Below are positions 55,452 through 64,000 of a stretch of DNA of 64,000 nucleotides, piece after piece. The stretch lies in NCBI GenBank assembly GCA_951406725.2, contig OX597818.1, positions 99,944,001 through 100,008,000 on the forward strand, read 5' to 3'. Source of the DNA: Octopus vulgaris. Its lineage: Eukaryota. The notes beneath the pieces are model-generated. The model searched no databases, was not told the origin of the DNA, and worked only from the letters and a program-made list of their open reading frames with translations. The position numbers and the translations under genes are program-made. Within the stretch, counting starts at the first letter, position 1. Every line of letters begins with the position of its first letter.

Positions 55452-55959
55452 CGCTGAGAGAGTACGTAGCAGATTTAAATAAGCACTGGGTTCAATTTCT
55501 TAGAATATCCTTTTGAGGTCGTGGATCTTTAAGAATCAAATCCCTTCAATGCACATTCGATTTTACAACGATGATCATTATAAATATCCTTCAGGGCATT
55601 TTCAGCTGAATTCTCATGTCTTACTTAAAGCTATCTCAGTCTTCTGTACACTTTGGTTACTTTTTGTACACCTTTATTTAGTACATTACAAAATTATCAA
55701 TTAACGTTTATATAACATACTCTAAGCGATATATCCGTGGGCTGTACAACTGCTTTCATTGAATACACGTATTATAAGAGTACAATAACACAGCTGATCT
55801 TGGCTAGATAAGAACTTCAACGGTAAATTTTTATATCCCGTTACATTATAGAAATTATATCTTGATTCATATAAATATGTTAGAAACGGTTTTCAATAAC
55901 CAAAAAGAAACCAAACAAACGAAACAGACTTTCATGTTGATACTACTTTAAGGAATACT

Positions 55960-56140
55960 GTGGAGAACTGGCAGAATCGACAGCACGCCGGGCAAGATGC
56001 TTAGCAGCATTTTATCCATTTTGTCGTTCTGACTTCAAATTCTGCCGAGGTCAACTTTCTGTTTTATTTTTTCGAGCTTTGGAAACTGTAATCGACTAGC
56101 ACCGTCCCTCTAAATTTCAAGGCTTTAATTTATAGTTGAA
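55960..56140 (+). mobile_element. SINE family C, diverged
   Basis: ggagaactggcagaatcgacagcacgccgggcaagatgcttagcagcattt..gttctgacttcaaattctgccgaggtcaacttt. Confidence 0.8.
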
Positions 56141-56499
56141 CACTATTACTTTAAGAAATTGCAAAATAAATTCTAAGCGGATACAATGCACTTGCCTTGA
56201 GATAAACGTATATGAATGGGTGAGAAACTTAGCAAGCAGAGAAACGAAATAATAAATATTTAGACTTGTGTCTAAATATTTTGGGCGTTTATTAAAAAAT
56301 TCACGTGTGAGTTCATTAAAAAAAAATCACACAAGCACACAGATACACTATTACGAACAGTTTTATATCTACATGCATAAATGCACACATACATGCACGT
56401 ATATATGTACATATATACATTAATTTGCACATACAGATTCACGCACATATTTACTCTACCTTTTCCATATGTCTGTGTATATATATATTCATACGTAGA

Positions 56500-56538
<39 letters not shown>

Positions 56539-56573
56539 CCACACCGAAATTTGTCTATGAATGTACACACACA

Positions 56574-56639
<66 letters not shown>

Positions 56640-57856
56640 CACATATACATGTGTATTCATATATGTATGTGTATGTATATATATGTGCGTGTGTGTGCTT
56701 GTGTGTCAATGTAGCTATCTATCTAGGGACATATGCATATGTACACATAAATACGTATAGTATGTATACGATTCACAGATTACTATTCGTACAAACGTTA
56801 AAATACCTTGAAGATGATACCGGAGCTAATTTGACAAGCACTCAATCATCCTTTCATTTTTATAACAGCGACGCCATCATTTCGTAACTGTCACGCTAGT
56901 ATTTTTCGAGGACGGAAACATAAGACGTGTCATGTAAAGAAGCCAAAAGTGATTTTAAAACAACGAACAATAAAAAAAATAAATTTAATTCCTTACAAGG
57001 TATATTTTTATTTCATCTTATATATATATATATTTTTTTTTTTTTTTCTTTTCTATTTCTTTGTCTACCCTTTTGTTTTCGTTTAAGAAAAAAAGTACCT
57101 TTTCCTTTCAGAATGCGGTTTATAATGTGACTTTTAACAAGATACTTTTTCACCCCATCAACACTATATCCTCCCGTCTTTCGTCACTTTCCATAATCAA
57201 CTAAATAACTTGATGGTTTCTTTCAAAGCCATTTCCATCTCAATCGTTTTATTCTTCAATTTTCATTAACCATATTTTTATTTATATTATCTCAATATCT
57301 CATTTCTCCACCGTCTCTCTCTCTCTCTTCTCAAAACAACTCTTCATTCTCCTTAATGATATTTATTTCGTGCCTTCATTCTAATATCGCTTGCTCTTGT
57401 CTTCTTCTTCTTCTTCTTCTTCTTCTTCTTCTTCTTCTTCTTCTTCTTCTTCTTCTTCTTCTTCTTCTTCTTCTTCACAATCTTGTGTCTCTGTAGATGT
57501 TGCTGTCCTTCTTGTTATTTATCCTACTCCTGATTGAACTTGTAAAAAAAAATTTCCCTCTCATTAGATTATGTCTTATTACAATATTTCTGGTTCTTTT
57601 TTCCTTTCCTTCTTCATCACGTCCCATTTACCTCCAACTATTGCTGCTTCTGCTGCTGCTGCTGCTACTACTGCTACTACAACAACTACTACTACTATTT
57701 ATTATTTTTTTCTACTACTGCTACAACCAGTACTATAACATTAGTAACAACCACCACCACCAACACCAGTACCAGCTTCAGCACCAGCACCAGCACCAGC
57801 ACCCATTGCCACTAGTACCGCTAATGCTACGGCTATTGCAGCTGTTGCTGCTGCTG

Positions 57857-57900
<44 letters not shown>

Positions 57901-58577
57901 GTGACGACTACGAAGTCAACAAGCACCTTGTCCAACCTACTACTATCAACACGACCACCGCTACATGCAGGGGAAGCACTCCTCATCCTCCTCCTACTAC
58001 TACGACTACTACTGTTGCTTTAATGCTTTACTTTCTTCTGTTTTTTTTTTTTAGTTTCCTTTGATAGTTTTTCTTATGATGTTGGTAGCTTCATTGCTCA
58101 ACAACATTGCGGCTTTGCAATATCTCATTGCATAAACATTTAGCATAAATCACCTCTGAAATATTGTTAATTAGTTTCTAAGCTAAATAATTTATTTTTT
58201 TCTTGAAATTCTGTTATTCGTACATGACTTGATATTTCGTCATACGGTTTTGTATCATTACCAGTTTATTTTTTTATTACTAGTAAAAAGTTTTCCATGT
58301 GAGAATGATATGCAATTAATTAAATGTAACAGTATACTTCATAAATATTGGATCATTAGTCTAAATATAATAATCATTTATAACTATCTACGCTGGCACG
58401 GCGGACTTTTAAGTATGCCCTTTAGCAGGCACAGGCTATGAAATGAATGGCTGGAAGTTACTTCTTCATTGGACGCTATTCTATTACACATAGAGAACAT
58501 GCTGTTTTCATAAATCCATCCATCTATCTATCTATCCATCTATATATCTATCTATCTCTGGGTATATATATATATAC

Positions 58578-58758
58578 ATCTCTGCCTGCAACTGCCGAAT
58601 TCATCTCCAGATATATTGACCGTGTCCTCGCCCCCCTAGTGACTTCCCTCCCCTCTCACATCCATGACACAAACCACGCACTTCCTTTGTTCAACTATTT
58701 CTCCTTCCGTCCAGGCCCCTCTAAACTTCTCTTCAATCTCGACATCCAGAGCCTTTCA
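58578..58758 (+). pseudogene. Penelope-like reverse transcriptase fragment (non-Naiad)
   Basis: In track ORF 58447-58794: TAEFISRYIDRVLAPLVTSLPSHIHDTNHALPLFNYFSFRPGPSKLLFNLDIQSL matches the PLE RT segment (IS.Y.D..L.PLV..LPS.I.DT...L......LF.LDI.SL, motif A). Confidence 0.8.
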
Positions 58759-60806
58759 CATTTAACTTCTATCATTTTCATTTTCAAAATATAAGATGAT
58801 GGTCAACAATCACTCAAAACTCTTTAAAAGATAGGTAAGAAATGAAATTAACGAAACATAAGGAATAATGTTCCATTGAACTGATACGGAAATTGCATTT
58901 GTTTCTTAATTGAAGATAGCCACTCATCCTGATAAAGACATGGGTAACAAAACATCCAATCGTTCATTCATTTACGATTCTTCAGTTTATTTAGTAAAAT
59001 GAAAACAAGACGCATTTCTAGCGAATGAAATTTTTTTGACTGAAATATTGTCTAGTGATTTATATTGGTTTGTTATAATACACAAACCACTTCCGATCTA
59101 TTCTAATGCATTTACTACCACGCAAATTTGTAACTCCACATGATATAACATTTATATGTAAGTAGTTATTCCAGTGTGTATTTATCAGCAACGAAATACA
59201 TTTCCAGTAAACAGAGATTATTGTAAATATGTTCTTATCCATTGATTTCTTGCATTAAAATTGATCAAGTTTATAGAAATGTCAAGTTCATGACATTCAC
59301 AAGTTCATTAGAGGATTAGATAAAAGCTTCAGGCCAAAACAAAACATGCTTCCATGTAAACCCAACAGTAACTCTTCATTTTAGCGTTTGACGTGATCAC
59401 TTATTTGCTCTTTAGTTTGCTTTATGAATGTGATATTTATTTTGCATCTGTGGGTAATAGTTAAGGACACCGGCTAATAGCGGCAACAGCTCCCGAGCAA
59501 TACACGTATTTATTAATATTTGCAATGGATGGAACCTGCATTGTTAGGAACACTGTTGTTCTGAAGTCGCAAGCGGTTAGAACCTTCCATGATGAATTCT
59601 CTTTTATATTTGCTTCTCTTTTTGTCATCTCAAATCTCAAAGAAAACACTAAGCATTTAACCAAAACTTTGTTACCAAACACGCATATTTCTGAACATCT
59701 ATTGATACATTGACTTTTCCAGTTAACCTATATACAAACTTTCAACCATTCAGATGAAATGGTAATACCATTAACATTAGCTGCCTCTTTTATCACTAAT
59801 ATAAACATGAATGAATATATATACCGTATAATCCCTATGCCACAGACTATAAGGCATAGCAGAAATATATAGTTTAATGCATGCGATTCGATACTTCAGT
59901 ATGGTTATGGTATAGGCATTTTCACTTAAATCAACGTTCCAAACTCTCAATCAACTATGTAGGCATGTGAACACAATCGACGTATTATAAATAACTGCTA
60001 AATACGTCTCAACTTCTATCTTTAAAAAAGGCAGATCCCGAACTATTGTGCTCCTAGATACGTAGTGTTAGTTCGAAATGGATGAAATATATTTGATAAC
60101 ATACGTGCTAGATCAGTTTTAGCCTTCGTATTAAAGAATAGCAAGAACAATAAAACTTCCATGATGATGATGATGACAACTAACACCAACACACTACACA
60201 TTAAAACAGTTGCCTGGTTCCCTTTGCAACGTCTCTTTGGGACATTTGTTTCCGTTTGTCTTCAAGTAATGCTCCTATATTTAATTCCTAAACGTCATAT
60301 TTACTGGAATATCTTCATTGATTGCCTTCATATTTCCTGATCGCAGAGACGGCACCCAGTAGATAACTGTCAATACTCTGCCTTCACATAAATGTACAAA
60401 CCATCCCAGTGTTTACCCAAATGTTGAGTATGTTATTTTTATTGCTGACAGAAAAATGTGCACAAAACGATTTTACTTGATATACGCCAATATTGAATAT
60501 GGTAATGTTCCGGATAAATTTAGTTTTGTACTAGAATTAACACATTGATTTTTGTTTCAGTAAAGATCAAAAGACTGCGTGCTGATTTTCTTCATGCCCT
60601 TTTCCAATTTTAGTCGATATGGCATTTACTAGAATTTGGAAATAGACAGGAAAAATCTCTGTTGATATTATTAAATTATTTTTCTTTCTGTTCTTCGAAT
60701 TATCTTCCCTATCCAATTGTTGTTTTTATATTCATCAGCATCATCAACATGATCACACTGCATTTATCATTACCATGTTGATGTGATCATTACAAGTGCA
60801 GCCATC

Positions 60807-60877
<71 letters not shown>

Positions 60878-61041
60878 CTCATCATCATCCTCATCGATAT
60901 CACAATCATCTGTTTGAAAGAAATCATTATTATTAATCTTATTTGCCTCTTCTTCTTCTTCTTCTTCTTCTTCTTTTTCTTCTTCACTATCATCATCATC
61001 ATCACCATCACCACCATCATCACCATCACCATCATCATCAT

Positions 61042-61074
<33 letters not shown>

Positions 61075-61424
61075 CATCATCTCCCCCCCTTGCTTTCCGT
61101 GTTCGCTGAGAAAGCTAATGTTTTGCAGAGCTCTACTTAAAGATATTTACTACTAGGATTGCCTGACGCATAGAAGAAATTCTTTTGAATTTTCAAAGTA
61201 ACAAAGAAGTTTGAAAGATTTACCCGATCACCACTTTTCCCTATTTGAAAAGTAATTCATCCTTAGATATTTTAAATGTCTACATATATTTTTGCAATCT
61301 TCCATTTTGATTTGTTTCATGATTACAATATCTGAGTTAGATTAGAAAGCTGACATGCTACCAAAAAGTGGTATTCTATCAAACACCAAGTTTCTGAAAA
61401 CAGGAAAACGCATGTTATACAATA

Positions 61425-61784
61425 CTAGCACTATGACCCGGCAACGCAGAGTCAAAGGGCTACTGCCTGCATATACAGCTGCGTGCGTGCACACATACAC
61501 GCGAGTACTGTCCAAATCTCCGACCAATCACATACAGCTTGCTGGCAATTGGCGTATCAAGTTTCGGGCATTTTGATTGGGTTTTGGATAGAAAATTCAC
61601 AAAAGAGTCACTTCTATTGATTTTTTTAATGGCTTTGCAGGGTGAGTGGGGAAATGTAAAGTTGCGCACGACCACCGTTGGACGGTTTTAAATGACCATA
61701 GAAAGTGCGAGCCCTCTAACTGAAAACTTGTGGATTTGTATAAAGGACACACGCAGATATTTTTGCCGTTTATATATATAGAGA
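61425..61784 (-). mobile_element. non-autonomous Helitron, second family
   Basis: The - strand starts A|TCTCTATATATATAAACGGC and ends TGACTCTGCGTTGCCGGGTCA-TAGTG-CTAG|T (imperfect hairpin plus CTAG). Confidence 0.75.
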
Positions 61785-62972
61785 TAAAAGGGAACTTTGG
61801 AATTTAGAGCACAATAGTAAGCACAAATAGACATAAGTTGACGGAGGAAAATGGAGTTCTATCACAGACTTAATTATTTATAAGAAGAATTCTACCTACT
61901 GTGGTCAAACATTCTTTGGAAGCGTTACGATAGAAAAGGAGATAGTAAATCTCGGTCATCGAAAAACATGCTTCTGTACCTGACTTATTTTAAATGAAAA
62001 TAATGAGGAATAAGTTTATAAATCTCGATTCCTCTCAAAACAGAGTGTCATTCCATGTGCTCTTCAAATAAGAGATGTAGGGAAAGCTGGCTGATGTATT
62101 ACAAAAGGTACTCCATCGATCAGAGTCGGGCACATGAAAAGAACGTGATTTCTTTCAAAACTGAGCTGAGAGTCTGTAAAGACGTTAGTCAGATCAGATG
62201 CGTCATTCATTTTCTTACTGGCGGAATAAAAGGTTGCTGGAATTTTTCAGCCCCGTCTACAGGTATTGCTACGAGTATTGATTCTCAGTTTGTTGTAATA
62301 TTTGCGAACATCATGTGATCAGTTTGAGCTACGTCCAGATAATTCCCAACACCCGATTAATCCTCGATGAACAGGGTGTTAAGCAGTAGTTGTATTTTTG
62401 ACGGAACGGAGAAATGAATCTATAGAGAAAGCGGAGTGGAAATTTACTGGTCATAATAGAGATTTCATGAGCGCCGGCGACGCCATTTCAGGTTTGAAAT
62501 AAATCTTGGTTCTAAGGAAGAAAACTTGTCTCTGAGATGTACTGTTTATGTATCTGAGACACATAACCAGAAGATAGTACCAGCAGGGAATGTCACGAGT
62601 ATCAGTTATAGATATTTCATGGTTTTAATAATCGTATGAAGATGTAATGTGTGTGAATACAAGTTGTACATACTCATGAGAATATTTATAGTGACATATA
62701 TCATAATGAAAATACATAAAAAAATTTGTCAATACAAATGGAGACTGATCACTCACAGTCGTAAAATACACGTGCAGAATCAGACAAACTCAAATTAGAA
62801 TTTGTGTTGCTCATATCAAAATCTAATAAATATCTATGAAAACACAATCAGAATTTGAATTTTAAAAAATCCTATATGTTTGTCTCCCTCTTCTAGTGCA
62901 TTATGTACCGCTATCCGTCCAATCAATTCATCGCTGCCTCTCTCACACTTTCTCAATATCTCTCTTTCTTCC

Positions 62973-63062
<90 letters not shown>

Positions 63063-63493
63063 AATTTATTTATCTGGCTGTGGATAAATAAATAGATGGT
63101 TATATATTTATATCTATGTCTTCCAATGCCTTCGCTTGTGTATGCGAGATTATATATCAGTAGATAAGTAAATATGTAGACGAGTATGTGTTTGCAATGT
63201 AGGTGACCTGTATACTGATTGTTATGAGGTCCCGACTGAATAGAAGTATAACTAAAAATAAGAATTAGTACAATGCTTTTGGAATGAAAGCAATTAAATA
63301 AATCAATGTGAGGTGTCTATCATGGTTGTGCGTATTATGATTCCAAACAAGAAACATTATAATTACAAAATTAAACAAAATCCCCCACTTCCCCTTCCTC
63401 CATCACCTCATCATCATTACCATCAGCAGCACCAGTCGCCGTAATAGTAGAGGTGGCAGTAAATACTAGAATAATATTGGCAACAACAGCGCG

Positions 63494-63690
63494 GTGCAGG
63501 CGCAATGGCCTAGTGCTAAGGGCAGCGGACTCGCGGTCGTAAGAACTCGGTTTCGATTCCCAGACCGGGCATTGTCAATGTTTATTGAAGAAAAAACACC
63601 TAAGCTCCTCGAAGCTCCGGCGGGATGGGGTGGTGAACTCCGCCGTACTCTTTCACCACAACTTTCTCTCACTCTTTCTTCCTACTTCTG
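63494..63690 (+). mobile_element. SINE family A
   Basis: gtgcaggcgcaatggcctagtgctaagggcagcggactcgcggtcgtaagaactcggtttcgattcccagaccgggc..tactctttcaccacaactttctctcactc. Confidence 0.9.
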
Positions 63691-64000
63691 CCACAATGCA
63701 GAGAAACCATGGTGTTGTAAACTTTCAGACCCTAGTCTAGATTGCAAATCCTCTGTACCCCCAGGATGGTTCAACTCTCCACCCGTTAAATGCCACAACG
63801 TAGCTTTCGCGCCCATGCAACCGCTAGTCTATTGCGTGCGGTGGGTGGATCTTCAAGTTGCCAAACGCATTCTTAGTACCTTAGAGTAGGATCGAATTAG
63901 AGATTATTCTATGTGGTTAATGACGTGAGTCCTGATTGGAAGAAGAAGAATACAACAGCGACATCGATGCACCTAAACATTAATCTCAATTAAATACAAC

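Noticed and set aside
63494-63570. tRNA gene
   Set aside because: The tRNA-like A/B boxes belong to the SINE head and continue into a SINE body seen in several copies; there is no complete cloverleaf.

Overview
AT-rich, microsatellite-dense eukaryotic DNA, probably intronic or intergenic. The SINE families resemble those of octopus, which is an inference from recall and not a search. No host gene can be firmly supported; one weak exon candidate lies at 3828-4080 (-). Almost all ORFs in the track are microsatellite artefacts. The main feature is a young, 5'-truncated Penelope-like retroelement (Naiad-type, about 6971-10767, - strand). It has an uninterrupted frame of about 414 codons (RT thumb, linker, GIY-YIG endonuclease) and near-identical inverted pLTRs of about 455-475 bp, each carrying a type I hammerhead ribozyme, and it sits in a (TA)n tract. 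Further intact or decayed hammerhead motifs occur in short Penelope-derived remnants (6749-6783, 26843-26928, 31941-32029, 43838-43882). Several fold-back elements are present; one has its symmetry axis in a hammerhead stem II. The window also contains three SINE families (about 17 copies, one nested), two non-autonomous Helitrons, a head-to-head mariner derivative, a piggyBac-like MITE, a Penelope RT fragment, an R4-like LINE remnant and a LINE 3' tail inside a ~110 bp duplication.
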